Below are positions 18,095-27,208 of a DNA stretch of 29,553 nucleotides, one piece after another. Both the position numbers and the translations under genes were made by a program. Each line of letters opens with the position of its first letter. Position 1 is the stretch's first letter. The stretch lies in IMG/VR virus record IMGVR_UViG_2579778538_000006, positions 1-29,553 of that record, one strand, 5' to 3'. The notes below the pieces were generated by a model, which was given only the letters and a program-made list of their open reading frames with translations, did not search any database and had not been told where the DNA came from. The DNA is from a virus. Lineage: Duplodnaviria; Heunggongvirae; Uroviricota; Caudoviricetes.

Positions 18095-18730
18095 ATGAAC
18101 ACTCTCGCAAATATTCAGGAACTCGCGCGCGCACTGCGCAACATGATTCGTACCGGCATTATCGTCGAAACCGACCTTAACGCCGGTCGCTGCCGTGTGC
18201 AGACCGGCGGCATGTGTACCGACTGGCTGCAGTGGCTGACCCATCGCGCCGGACGTTCGCGCACATGGTGGGCACCTTCCGTGGGGGAACAGGTGCTGAT
18301 TCTGGCCGTGGGCGGTGAACTCGACACGGCGTTCGTTCTGCCGGGGATTTATTCCGGCGATAACCCCTCGCCGTCTGTGTCGGCGGATGCCCTGCATATC
18401 CGTTTCCCTGACGGGGCGGTGATTGAGTATGAACCCGAAACCAGTGCACTCACGGTAAGCGGAATTAAAACGGCCAGCGTGACGGCTTCTGATTCTGTTA
18501 CCGCCACGGTGCCTGTGGTCATGGTGAAAGCATCAACCCGCATCACCCTGGACACACCGGAGGTGGTCTGCACCAACAGGCTGATTACCGGCACGCTGGA
18601 AGTGCAGAAGGGCGGGACGATGCGCGGCAACATTGAACACACCGGCGGTGAACTCTCATCAAACGGTAAGGTACTGCATACCCATAAACACCCCGGCGAC
18701 AGCGGCGGCACAACCGGGAGTCCTCTATGA
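18095..18730 (+). CDS. V: Baseplate spike/assembly protein V, 211 aa
   Basis: 211 aa as in P2 V; first gene of V-W-J-I-H-G operon after a 66-bp intergenic region. Confidence 0.85.
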   Translation: MNTLANIQELARALRNMIRTGIIVETDLNAGRCRVQTGGMCTDWLQWLTHRAGRSRTWWAPSVGEQVLILAVGGELDTAFVLPGIYSGDNPSPSVSADALHIRFPDGAVIEYEPETSALTVSGIKTASVTASDSVTATVPVVMVKASTRITLDTPEVVCTNRLITGTLEVQKGGTMRGNIEHTGGELSSNGKVLHTHKHPGDSGGTTGSPL

Positions 18731-19074
18731 CAGCGCGTTATCTCGGAATGAATCGCAGTGATGGCCTGACTGTCACTGACCTTGAGCATATCAGCCAGAG
18801 TATCGGCGATATCCTGCGCACACCGGTCGGCTCACGGGTGATGCGTCGTGATTACGGCTCGTTGCTGGCGTCAATGATTGACCAGCCGCAGACCCCGGCG
18901 CTTGAGTTGCAGATTAAGGTCGCCTGTTACATGGCGGTGCTGAAATGGGAACCCCGCGTCACGCTGTCATCTGTCACCACGGCGCGCAGTTTTGACGGGC
19001 GAATGACGGTCACGTTAACCGGCCAGCACAACGACACCGGCCAGCCACTTTCGTTAACCATCCCTGTGAGTTGA
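18727..19074 (+). CDS. W: Baseplate protein W (gp25-like), 115 aa
   Basis: 115 aa as in P2 W; ATGA overlap with V. Confidence 0.85.
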   Translation: MTARYLGMNRSDGLTVTDLEHISQSIGDILRTPVGSRVMRRDYGSLLASMIDQPQTPALELQIKVACYMAVLKWEPRVTLSSVTTARSFDGRMTVTLTGQHNDTGQPLSLTIPVS

Positions 19075-19078
19075 AACC

Positions 19079-19987
19079 ATGCCGATTATCGACCTGAACC
19101 AGCTACCCGCACCGGATGTGGTCGAGGAGCTGGACTTTGAAACCATTCTCGCCGAACGCAAGGCGACACTGATTTCCCTTTACCCGGAAGACCAGCAGGA
19201 GGCGGTCGCCCGTACCCTGACGCTGGAATCTGAGCCTCTCGTCAAACTGCTGGAGGAAAATGCTTATCGTGAGCTTATCTGGCGTCAGCGTGTGAATGAG
19301 GCCGCACGGGCGGTAATGCTGGCCTGTGCCGCCGGTAATGACCTTGATGTGATTGGTGCCAATTACAACACCACGCGCCTGATTATCACCCCGGCAGATG
19401 ATTCGACCCTCCCGCCGACACCGGCAGTGATGGAATCTGACACGGATTATCGTCTGCGTATTCAGCAGGCGTTTGAAGGTTTAAGCGTTGCCGGGTCGGT
19501 GGGTGCCTATCAGTATCATGGTCGCAGTGCCGACGGGCGCGTCGCAGATATCTCTGTCACCAGTCCGTCTCCGGCCTGCGTCACCATCTCCGTGCTGTCT
19601 CGCGAAAATAACGGTGTTGCATCCGAAGACCTGCTGGCGGCGGTGCGTAACGCCCTTAATGGCGAGGACGTCAGGCCGGTGGCCGACCGCGTGACCGTGC
19701 AGTCTGCCGCCATCGTTGAATACCAGATAAACGCCACGCTTTACCTTTACCCTGGTCCCGAAAGCGAACCCATCCGCGCTGCTGCCGTGAAAAAACTGGA
19801 AGCGTACATCACAGCACAGCACCGGCTGGGGCGCGACATCCGTCTGTCTGCCATTTATGCTGCTTTGCATGTGGAAGGCGTGCAGCGTGTCGAACTGACT
19901 GCTCCGCTGGCCGACATCGTGCTCAACAGTACGCAGGCGTCTTTCTGTACCGAATACCACGTCGTGACCGGAGGCTCGGATGAGTGA
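19079..19987 (+). CDS. J: Baseplate assembly protein J, 302 aa
   Basis: 302 aa as in P2 J. Confidence 0.85.
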   Translation: MPIIDLNQLPAPDVVEELDFETILAERKATLISLYPEDQQEAVARTLTLESEPLVKLLEENAYRELIWRQRVNEAARAVMLACAAGNDLDVIGANYNTTRLIITPADDSTLPPTPAVMESDTDYRLRIQQAFEGLSVAGSVGAYQYHGRSADGRVADISVTSPSPACVTISVLSRENNGVASEDLLAAVRNALNGEDVRPVADRVTVQSAAIVEYQINATLYLYPGPESEPIRAAAVKKLEAYITAQHRLGRDIRLSAIYAALHVEGVQRVELTAPLADIVLNSTQASFCTEYHVVTGGSDE

Positions 19988-20510
19988 TTCGCGACTGCTG
20001 CCGACCGGCTCATCACCGCTTGAGGTCGCCGCCGCAAAAGCCTGTGCGGAAATTGAAAAAACGCCGGTCAGTATTCGTGAGCTGTGGAACCCGGACACCT
20101 GCCCGGCAAATCTGCTGCCGTGGCTGGCGTGGGCGTTTTCGGTCGACAGGTGGGATGAAAAGTGGCCGGAAGCGACCAAGCGCGCCGTTATTCGCGATGC
20201 CTATTTCATCCACTGTCATAAAGGCACTATAGGCGCAATCCGGCGTGTGGTGGAGCCGCTCGGCTATCTCATTAACGTAAAGGAATGGTGGGAGACAAAC
20301 GACCCGCCCGGAACCTTTCGCCTTGATATCGGTGTGCTGGAAAGCGGCATCACGGAGGAGATGTATCTGGAAATGGAACGGCTGATTGCCGATGCCAAAC
20401 CCGCAAGTCGCCACCTTATCGGCCTGAACATTATCCAGGACATTCCCGGCTATCTGTATACAGGCGGTGTGGTCTGTGATGGTGATGTTATTACTGTTTA
20501 TCCCGGATAA
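19980..20510 (+). CDS. I: Baseplate/tail protein I, 176 aa
   Basis: 176 aa as in P2 I; overlaps J 3' end. Confidence 0.85.
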   Translation: MSDSRLLPTGSSPLEVAAAKACAEIEKTPVSIRELWNPDTCPANLLPWLAWAFSVDRWDEKWPEATKRAVIRDAYFIHCHKGTIGAIRRVVEPLGYLINVKEWWETNDPPGTFRLDIGVLESGITEEMYLEMERLIADAKPASRHLIGLNIIQDIPGYLYTGGVVCDGDVITVYPG

Positions 20511-20520
20511 GTGAGAAACA

Positions 20521-23256
20521 ATGAGCACGAAATTTAAAACCGTTATCACTACTGCCGGAGCCGCGAAGCTGGCAGCCGCCACTGTCCCCGGCGGGAAAAA
20601 AGTAAACCTGTCTGCAATGGCCGTGGGTGACGGTAATGGCAAATTGCCGGTGCCGGATGCCGGTCAGACGAAGCTGGTGCATGAGGTCTGGCGTCATGCC
20701 CTGAATAAAGTCAGCGTGGATAATAAGAATAAAAACTATATCGTGGCTGAACTGGTTGTTCCGCCAGAAGTGGGCGGCTTCTGGATGCGTGAGCTTGGTC
20801 TGTATGACGATGCCGGAACACTGATTGCGGTATCCAACATGGCAGAAAGCTATAAGCCAGAACTGGCTGAAGGCTCCGGACGTGCGCAGACCTGCCGCAT
20901 GGTTATTATTCTCAGCAACGTGGCGTCCGTTGAGCTGAGTATTGATGCCAGCACAGTGATGGCGACGCAGGATTACGTCGATGACAAAATCGCAGAGCAT
21001 GAGCAGTCCCGCCGCCATCCTGACGCCACGCTGACAGAAAAAGGTTTTACTCAGTTAAGCAGTGCAACAAACAGCACCAGTGAGTCATTGGCAGCAACGC
21101 CAAAAGCGGTCAAGGCAGCAAATGACAACGCAAATTCACGTCTGGCGAAAAATCAGAATGGTGCAGATATCCAGGATAAATCAGCTTTTCTGGACAATGT
21201 TGGCGTTACCAGCCTGACGTTTATGAAAAACAATGGCGAAATGCCGGTTGATGCTGATCTGAATACGTTTGGTCCTGTTAAGGCTTATTCAGGTATCTGG
21301 TCTAAAGCTACATCCACTAACGCGACGGCTGCTAAAAATTTCCCTGAAGACGGTGCAGTCGGTGTACTGGAGGTATTCAATGGCGGTAATTTTTCAGGAA
21401 TGCAGCGTTATACCACCAGAACAGGCAATGTTTATATGCGCAACCTTTCTGGCACATGGAATGGTTCAGACGGTCCGTGGAGTTACTGGCGTCAGGTTCA
21501 GTCTGCAACACGCCCCCTGAGCACAACCATTGACCTGAACACGCTCGGAGGCGCAGAGCATCTTGGTTTATGGCGAAACAGTAGTGGCTCAATCGCTTCA
21601 TTTGACCGCAACTATCCGGAAGAAGGAAGTTATGGTCAGGGACTCCTTGAAGTTCTTGAAGGTGGTGGTTACTCGCGAACGCAGCGTTACACGACCCGCC
21701 GTGGAAATGTTTATGTTCGCTGTCTTTCGGCCTCGTGGGATGCAGAGAACCCACAGTGGGAGCCGTGGTCAAGAGTGGGCTACCAGTCAGAAAGCCGTTA
21801 TTACGACGGTGATTTGAATGATGTAACCTCACCAGGTATTTACAGCGTTACAGGTAAAGCGACCAATGGTCCAATACTGGACGGAAACGGCGTGACAGTC
21901 CTCGGTATTCTGGAAGTGTTGAGGCGCTTTGATGGTGTTAACGTATGGCAGCGTTATACAACTGCCGGAACAGGTACAACCCTTAAAGGTCGCACGTTTG
22001 AGCGCGTTTTTACCGGCAGCTCATGGAGCGAATGGCGGGAAGTTTACACATCTTATTCACTTCCCCTGAATCTGGGTATCGGTGGCGCAGTAGCAAAACT
22101 CACCAGCCTGGACTGGCAGACATACGATTTTGTGCCGGGCAGTCTGATAACCGTTCGGCTGGATAACATGACCAATATTCCCGACGGTATGGACTGGGGC
22201 GTCATTGATGGCAACCTGATAAACATCTCAGTCGGTCCGAGTGATGATTCTGGTTCGGGACGCTCAATGCATGTATGGCGCAGCACTGTAAGTAAAGCCA
22301 ACTACCGCTTTTTTATGGTGCGTATTTCAGGAAATCCGGGAAGCCGCACGATTACAGCAAGACGAGTACCAATCATTGACGAAGCCCAGACATGGGGCGC
22401 GAAACAGACATTCAGTGCTGGCCTTTCTGGTGAACTGTCCGGCAATGCGGCGACAGCAACAAAGCTGAAAACAGCCCGTAAAATTAATAACGTTTCGTTT
22501 GATGGAACATCAGATATTAACCTGACGCCGAAAAATATTGGTGCATTTGCTTCAGGAAAAACAGGAGACACCGTTGCGAATGATAAAGCCGTTGGATGGA
22601 ACTGGAGTAGCGGAGCCTATAACGCAACTATTGGTGGGGCATCAACGTTAATTCTTCATTTTAATATCGGTGAAGGAAGTTGCCCCGCCGCCCAGTTCCG
22701 CGTTAATTATAAGAACGGCGGTATTTTTTATCGTTCTGCTCGTGACGGTTACGGATTCGAGGCTGACTGGTCTGAGTTTTATACCACAACGCGAAAACCT
22801 ACAGCGGGAGATGTCGGTGCACTGCCGTTATCTGGTGGTCAATTGAATGGTGCTCTGGGTATAGGAACATCCAGTGCTCTTGGCGGTAATTCGATTGTTT
22901 TGGGTGATAATGACACGGGCTTTAAACAAAATGGTGATGGTAATCTGGATGTTTATGCTAATAGCGTCCATGTTATGCGCTTTGTCTCGGGAAGTATTCA
23001 AAGTAATAAAACCATAAATATTACGGGGCGTGTTAATCCCTCGGATTACGGTAACTTTGATTCCCGCTATGTGAGAGATGTCAGACTTGGCACACGTGTT
23101 GTTCAGACCATGCAAAAAGGCGTGATGTATGAAAAATCAGGCCATGTAATCACGGGGCTTGGTATTGTCGGTGAAGTCGATGGTGATGATCCAGCAGTAT
23201 TCAGACCAATACAAAAATACATCAATGGCACATGGTATAACGTTGCGCAGGTGTAA
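20521..23256 (+). CDS. H: Tail fibre protein H (conserved N-terminal anchor, enlarged mosaic C-terminal receptor-binding region), 911 aa
   Basis: N-terminus (MSTKFKTVITTAGAAKLAAA...) resembles recalled P2 H; protein much longer than P2 H (recalled as 669 aa); C-terminal part contains three degenerate repeats of about 93 aa and has lower GC. Confidence 0.85.
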   Translation: MSTKFKTVITTAGAAKLAAATVPGGKKVNLSAMAVGDGNGKLPVPDAGQTKLVHEVWRHALNKVSVDNKNKNYIVAELVVPPEVGGFWMRELGLYDDAGTLIAVSNMAESYKPELAEGSGRAQTCRMVIILSNVASVELSIDASTVMATQDYVDDKIAEHEQSRRHPDATLTEKGFTQLSSATNSTSESLAATPKAVKAANDNANSRLAKNQNGADIQDKSAFLDNVGVTSLTFMKNNGEMPVDADLNTFGPVKAYSGIWSKATSTNATAAKNFPEDGAVGVLEVFNGGNFSGMQRYTTRTGNVYMRNLSGTWNGSDGPWSYWRQVQSATRPLSTTIDLNTLGGAEHLGLWRNSSGSIASFDRNYPEEGSYGQGLLEVLEGGGYSRTQRYTTRRGNVYVRCLSASWDAENPQWEPWSRVGYQSESRYYDGDLNDVTSPGIYSVTGKATNGPILDGNGVTVLGILEVLRRFDGVNVWQRYTTAGTGTTLKGRTFERVFTGSSWSEWREVYTSYSLPLNLGIGGAVAKLTSLDWQTYDFVPGSLITVRLDNMTNIPDGMDWGVIDGNLINISVGPSDDSGSGRSMHVWRSTVSKANYRFFMVRISGNPGSRTITARRVPIIDEAQTWGAKQTFSAGLSGELSGNAATATKLKTARKINNVSFDGTSDINLTPKNIGAFASGKTGDTVANDKAVGWNWSSGAYNATIGGASTLILHFNIGEGSCPAAQFRVNYKNGGIFYRSARDGYGFEADWSEFYTTTRKPTAGDVGALPLSGGQLNGALGIGTSSALGGNSIVLGDNDTGFKQNGDGNLDVYANSVHVMRFVSGSIQSNKTINITGRVNPSDYGNFDSRYVRDVRLGTRVVQTMQKGVMYEKSGHVITGLGIVGEVDGDDPAVFRPIQKYINGTWYNVAQV

Positions 23257-23259
23257 ATT

Positions 23260-23787
23260 ATGCAGCATTTAAAAAACATTAAGTCAGGTAATCCAAAAAC
23301 AAAAGAACAATATCAGCTAACAAAGAATTTTGATGTTATCTGGTTATGGTCCGAAGACGGAAAAAACTGGTATGAGGAAGTAAGTAATTTTCAGGAAGAC
23401 ACGATAAAGATTGTTTACGATGAAAATAATATTATTGTCGGCATCACCAGAGATGCTTCAACGCTCAACCCTGAAGGTTTCAGCGTTGTCGAGGTTCCTG
23501 ATATTACCGCCAACCGACGTGCTGATGACTCAGGGAAATGGATGTTTAAGGATGGTGCCGTGATTAAGCGGATTTATACGGCAGACGAACAGCAACAACA
23601 GGCAGAATCACAAAAGGCCGCGTTACTTTCCGAAGCGGAAAGCGTTATTCAGCCACTGGAGCGCGCTGTCAGGCTGAACATGGCAACAGATGAGGAGCGT
23701 AGCCGACTGGAAGCATGGGAACGCTACAGTGTTCTGGTCAGCCGTGTGGATCCTGCAAATCCTGAATGGCCGGAAATGCCGCAATAA
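23260..23787 (+). CDS. G: Tail fibre assembly chaperone (P2 G-like Tfa), 175 aa
   Basis: 175 aa as in P2 G; immediately downstream of H; Gln-rich linker and conserved C-terminal '[11 protein letters not shown]'-type tail typical of Tfa proteins. Confidence 0.8.
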   Translation: MQHLKNIKSGNPKTKEQYQLTKNFDVIWLWSEDGKNWYEEVSNFQEDTIKIVYDENNIIVGITRDASTLNPEGFSVVEVPDITANRRADDSGKWMFKDGAVIKRIYTADEQQQQAESQKAALLSEAESVIQPLERAVRLNMATDEERSRLEAWERYSVLVSRVDPANPEWPEMPQ

Positions 23788-23848
23788 GTGATATGATCTC
23801 TTGTGTTAGTTAACATAGCTATAGTACAGAGTAAGGCCTAATCTGACA

Positions 23849-23872
23849 GTCCGCTCTGTGCTAGGAGCGGAC
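23849..23872 (+). terminator. Hairpin downstream of G (GTCCGCTC-N8-GAGCGGAC), possible terminator or regulatory stem
   Basis: 8-bp perfect inverted repeat read directly; not followed by a clean T-tract, so terminator function is uncertain. Confidence 0.3.
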
Positions 23873-24176
23873 ATTATCAACATCATGCTATGTTAATGTA
23901 TAAAGTGAAGATAAATTGATATAATAAGGCCACCATGAATATTTCAGAACCTTGTCAAAAGGTTTGCACATACTCTAGTCTTGCAATGTGTAGTTGATAG
24001 TTCCACTGAGGAGGTTCTTCGACATTCTTTATAAAAATGTACATTTTCATCAATAATAAGAGGTAAAAGGGCTTTAATAGTTTTTTGTGGATGTTATGTC
24101 CACTCATAAATTTTGAGATAAGTATTGAGTTGAGATAAAGTTAAACTCGTTAAATTCACCTTTAAAAGGATAAAGC

Positions 24177-24704
24177 ATGGACTGGAAAGATCTTGCATCA
24201 ACCGCTGTGTATACAGGTATGACTGATGAAAATGAAAACATATGGGAACGTGTTGATGGGGTTGACGTTGCCTTCATAGGTGCCTTTCTTACTGCGCACT
24301 TGAGCCTTGAAAAGTATATTACTGATTATCTTGGATTAAGATATCCTTCGTTAGCTTGGGGTGATGCAAAACTCACATTTTCACAAAAAATAGCTTTAAT
24401 ACAACATGAGCCTGCAAAACCCCCTTATGATGAAATATATTTAAGAATAAAAGACTTTAACAGCATAAGAAATAAAATCAGTCATCAATTGAATTATCAG
24501 ATTACGGATAAAGAAAAAAGTAAGTTTGTGGACTTCTACATGAAGATTACTAAAGCCAGTAAAACTAAACCAAATATTGATATTGATAACATGGCAGATT
24601 TGTTGGATTTTTTCGTGTCGATGACAAAATCCTATTTTGCTAGTGCTATTTCTTATTATCACTGTAATAAAAAGGTTGCAGGTAAAAGTAATAAAATTGA
24701 TTAA
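24177..24704 (+). CDS. Hypothetical protein with HEPN-like R-N-x3-H motif, 175 aa; AT-rich cargo in the G-FI (Z/fun) slot
   Basis: AT-rich ORF with A-rich RBS region; 'IRNKISH' (Arg codon 24468-24470, His codon 24483-24485) matches Rx4-6H; preceded by a roughly 390-bp AT-rich non-coding stretch (23788-24176). Confidence 0.6.
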   Translation: MDWKDLASTAVYTGMTDENENIWERVDGVDVAFIGAFLTAHLSLEKYITDYLGLRYPSLAWGDAKLTFSQKIALIQHEPAKPPYDEIYLRIKDFNSIRNKISHQLNYQITDKEKSKFVDFYMKITKASKTKPNIDIDNMADLLDFFVSMTKSYFASAISYYHCNKKVAGKSNKID

Positions 24705-24879
24705 TAAAACTGGACTTAGGGATAATTAATATATAGACGTTCTATCATTTTTAGAGTGTGCGGCAGCTCCATACATTCATGCGGATGTCAGCACCTCGCT
24801 CAAAGCAGACAGTCAGATTTGATAGCGTTTGGACTATGTAAATAGTCAGTTGGAAAATGAGTGAGTACAAACCAGGACA

Positions 24880-24906
24880 GGCGGGCGAATTGCCCGCCTT
24901 TTCTTT
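24880..24906 (+). terminator. Rho-independent terminator (GGCGGGC-GAATT-GCCCGCC + TTTTCTTT)
   Basis: 7-bp GC-rich stem, 5-nt loop, T-rich tail, read directly; lies between the cargo gene and the FI promoter region. Confidence 0.7.
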
Positions 24907-25002
24907 ATCTGTTGTTTCATCCACTGACCAGCCAGGTCAAATAGCGCCTCATACTCTGCACAACAGAAAATAATTGCACCCATTAACCACGGAGTTAAAC
25001 GG

Positions 25003-26193
25003 ATGAGTGACTATCATCACGGCGTGCAGGTGCTGGAGATTAACGAGGGCACCCGCGTCATTTCCACTGTATCCACGGCCATTGTCGGCATGGTCTGCAC
25101 GGCCAGCGATGCGGATGCGGAAACCTTCCCCCTCAATAAACCTGTGCTGATTACCAATGTGCAGACCGCAATTGCAAAGGCCGGTAAAAAAGGCACGCTG
25201 GCGGCATCGTTGCAGGCCATCGCCGACCAGTCAAAACCGGTCACCGTTGTCGTGCGTGTGGAAGACGGCACCGGCGACGACGAGGAAACGAAACTTGCGC
25301 AAACCGTTTCCAATATCATCGGCACCACCGACGAAAACGGTCAGTACACCGGACTGAAAGCTCTGCTGGCGGCGGAGTCGGTAACCGGTGTTAAACCGCG
25401 CATTCTCGGTGTGCCGGGACTGGACACCAAAGAGGTTGCCGTCGCACTGGCATCAGTCTGTCAGAAGCTGCGCGCTTTCGGGTATATCAGCGCATGGGGC
25501 TGTAAGACCATTTCCGAGGTGAAAGCCTACCGCCAGAATTTCAGCCAGCGTGAGCTGATGGTCATCTGGCCGGATTTCCTCGCATGGGATACGGTCGCCA
25601 GTACCACCGCCACCGCGTATGCCACCGCCCGTGCGCTGGGGCTGCGTGCCAGGATCGACCAGGAGCAGGGCTGGCATAAAACGCTGTCCAATGTCGGGGT
25701 GAACGGTGTTACCGGCATCAGCGCATCTGTATTCTGGGATTTGCAGGAGTCCGGCACCGATGCTGACCTGCTTAACGAGTCAGGCGTTACTACGCTGATT
25801 CGCCGTGACGGTTTCCGCTTCTGGGGTAACCGTACCTGCTCTGATGACCCGCTGTTCCTCTTTGAAAACTACACCCGCACAGCGCAGGTGTTGGCCGACA
25901 CGATGGCTGAGGCGCACATGTGGGCGGTGGACAAACCCATCACCGCAACGCTGATTCGCGACATCGTTGACGGCATCAATGCCAAATTCCGTGAGCTGAA
26001 AACAAACGGCTATATCGTGGATGCGACCTGCTGGTTCAGCGAAGAATCCAACGATGCGGAAACCCTCAAGGCCGGAAAACTGTATATCGACTACGACTAT
26101 ACCCCGGTGCCTCCTCTTGAAAACCTGACCCTGCGCCAGCGTATTACTGATAAATACCTGGCAAATCTGGTCACCTCGGTTAACAGCAATTAA
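25003..26193 (+). CDS. FI: Contractile tail sheath protein FI, 396 aa
   Basis: 396 aa as in P2 FI; GGAG RBS at 24991-24994; followed by tube gene. Confidence 0.9.
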   Translation: MSDYHHGVQVLEINEGTRVISTVSTAIVGMVCTASDADAETFPLNKPVLITNVQTAIAKAGKKGTLAASLQAIADQSKPVTVVVRVEDGTGDDEETKLAQTVSNIIGTTDENGQYTGLKALLAAESVTGVKPRILGVPGLDTKEVAVALASVCQKLRAFGYISAWGCKTISEVKAYRQNFSQRELMVIWPDFLAWDTVASTTATAYATARALGLRARIDQEQGWHKTLSNVGVNGVTGISASVFWDLQESGTDADLLNESGVTTLIRRDGFRFWGNRTCSDDPLFLFENYTRTAQVLADTMAEAHMWAVDKPITATLIRDIVDGINAKFRELKTNGYIVDATCWFSEESNDAETLKAGKLYIDYDYTPVPPLENLTLRQRITDKYLANLVTSVNSN

Positions 26194-26205
26194 GGAGCCT
26201 GACCG

Positions 26206-26724
26206 ATGGCAATGCCGCGCAAACTCAAATACATGAATGTCTTTCTGAACGGTTACAGCTATCAGGGCGTTGCAAAGTCCGTCACGCTGCCAAAACTGAC
26301 CCGTAAGCTCGAAAACTATCGCGGTGCGGGGATGAACGGCAGCGCACCGGTAGACCTCGGCCTTGATGACGATGCGCTGTCAATGGAGTGGTCGCTTGGG
26401 GGCTTCCCGGATTCGGTTATCTGGGAGCTTTACGCTGCAACCAGTGCTGATGCCGTACCGATTCGTTTTGCTGGTTCTTACCAGCGCGACGATACCGGCG
26501 AAACGGTGGCCGTCGAAGTGGTCATGCGTGGGCGTCAGAAAGAAGTCGACACCGGAGAGGGTAAACAGGGAGAGGATACCGAATCGAAACTCCCGGTGAT
26601 TTGTACTTATTTCAAGCTGACGATGGACGGTAAGGAGCTGGTCGAAATCGACACCATCAACATGATTGAGAAGGTGAACGGCGTCGACCGGCTGGAGCAA
26701 CACCGCCGCAATATCGGCCTGTGA
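26206..26724 (+). CDS. FII: Tail tube protein FII, 172 aa
   Basis: 172 aa as in P2 FII. Confidence 0.9.
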   Translation: MAMPRKLKYMNVFLNGYSYQGVAKSVTLPKLTRKLENYRGAGMNGSAPVDLGLDDDALSMEWSLGGFPDSVIWELYAATSADAVPIRFAGSYQRDDTGETVAVEVVMRGRQKEVDTGEGKQGEDTESKLPVICTYFKLTMDGKELVEIDTINMIEKVNGVDRLEQHRRNIGL

Positions 26725-26780
26725 TTTTCATCCGGTCAGCCTGGCTGACCGGTTAACCCCGATTCAGAAGTGAGAAAACC

Positions 26781-27056
26781 ATGAACAAAGAAAATGTCAT
26801 TACCCTGGACAATCCGGTCAAACGTGGTGAGCAGGTTATCGAACAGGTCACGCTGATGAAACCCAATGCGGGGACGCTGCGCGGTGTCAGTCTGGCTGCG
26901 GTTGCAAACTCCGAAGTCGATGCACTGATTAAGGTGCTGCCGCGCATGACGGCACCGATGCTGACCGAGCAGGAGGTCGCCGCGCTGGAACTGCCTGACC
27001 TTGTGGCGCTGGCCGGTAAGGTGGTCGGTTTTTTGTCGCCGAACTCGGTGCAGTGA
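26781..27056 (+). CDS. E: Tail assembly chaperone E, 91 aa
   Basis: 91 aa as in P2 E; located between tube and tape-measure genes; contains slippery heptamer near its 3' end. Confidence 0.8.
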   Translation: MNKENVITLDNPVKRGEQVIEQVTLMKPNAGTLRGVSLAAVANSEVDALIKVLPRMTAPMLTEQEVAALELPDLVALAGKVVGFLSPNSVQ

Positions 27057-27208
27057 CGTTCCCGAAAAATCTCTCGGTCGATGACCTGATGGCGGATGTG
27101 GCAGTGATATTTCACTGGCCGCCATCAGAACTGTATCCCATGAGCCTGACCGAACTCATCACATGGCGCGAAAAGGCGCTCCGGCGAAGCGGAAACACGA
27201 ATGAGTAA
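27035..27208 (+). CDS. E': E' extension reached by programmed -1 frameshift (E+E' fusion chaperone, about 142 aa total)
   Basis: Slippery heptamer T_TTT_TTG at 27029-27035 in E frame; the -1 frame is open from there to TAA at 27206-27208, overlapping the T start; fused length matches my recollection of P2 E+E'. Confidence 0.65.
   Translation, partial: VAELGAVTFPKNLSVDDLMADVAVIFHWPPSELYPMSLTELITWREKALRRSGNTNE

Noticed and set aside
17849-18789. Minus-strand ORFs antisense to S, V and W (17849-18397, 18349-18789)
   Set aside because: Antisense shadow ORFs within the baseplate operon.
19481-21018. Minus-strand ORFs antisense to J, I and the 5' end of H (19481-20179, 20013-20642, 20491-21018)
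   Set aside because: Antisense to supported structural genes; composition typical of spurious frames.
21377-23115. Minus-strand ORFs inside tail fibre gene H (21377-21832, 22053-22571, 22828-23115)
   Set aside because: Nested antisense ORFs in a long, continuous H reading frame.
23849-23872. Calling the hairpin after G a definite intrinsic terminator
   Set aside because: Stem is good but there is no T-tract afterwards; retained only as a low-confidence feature.
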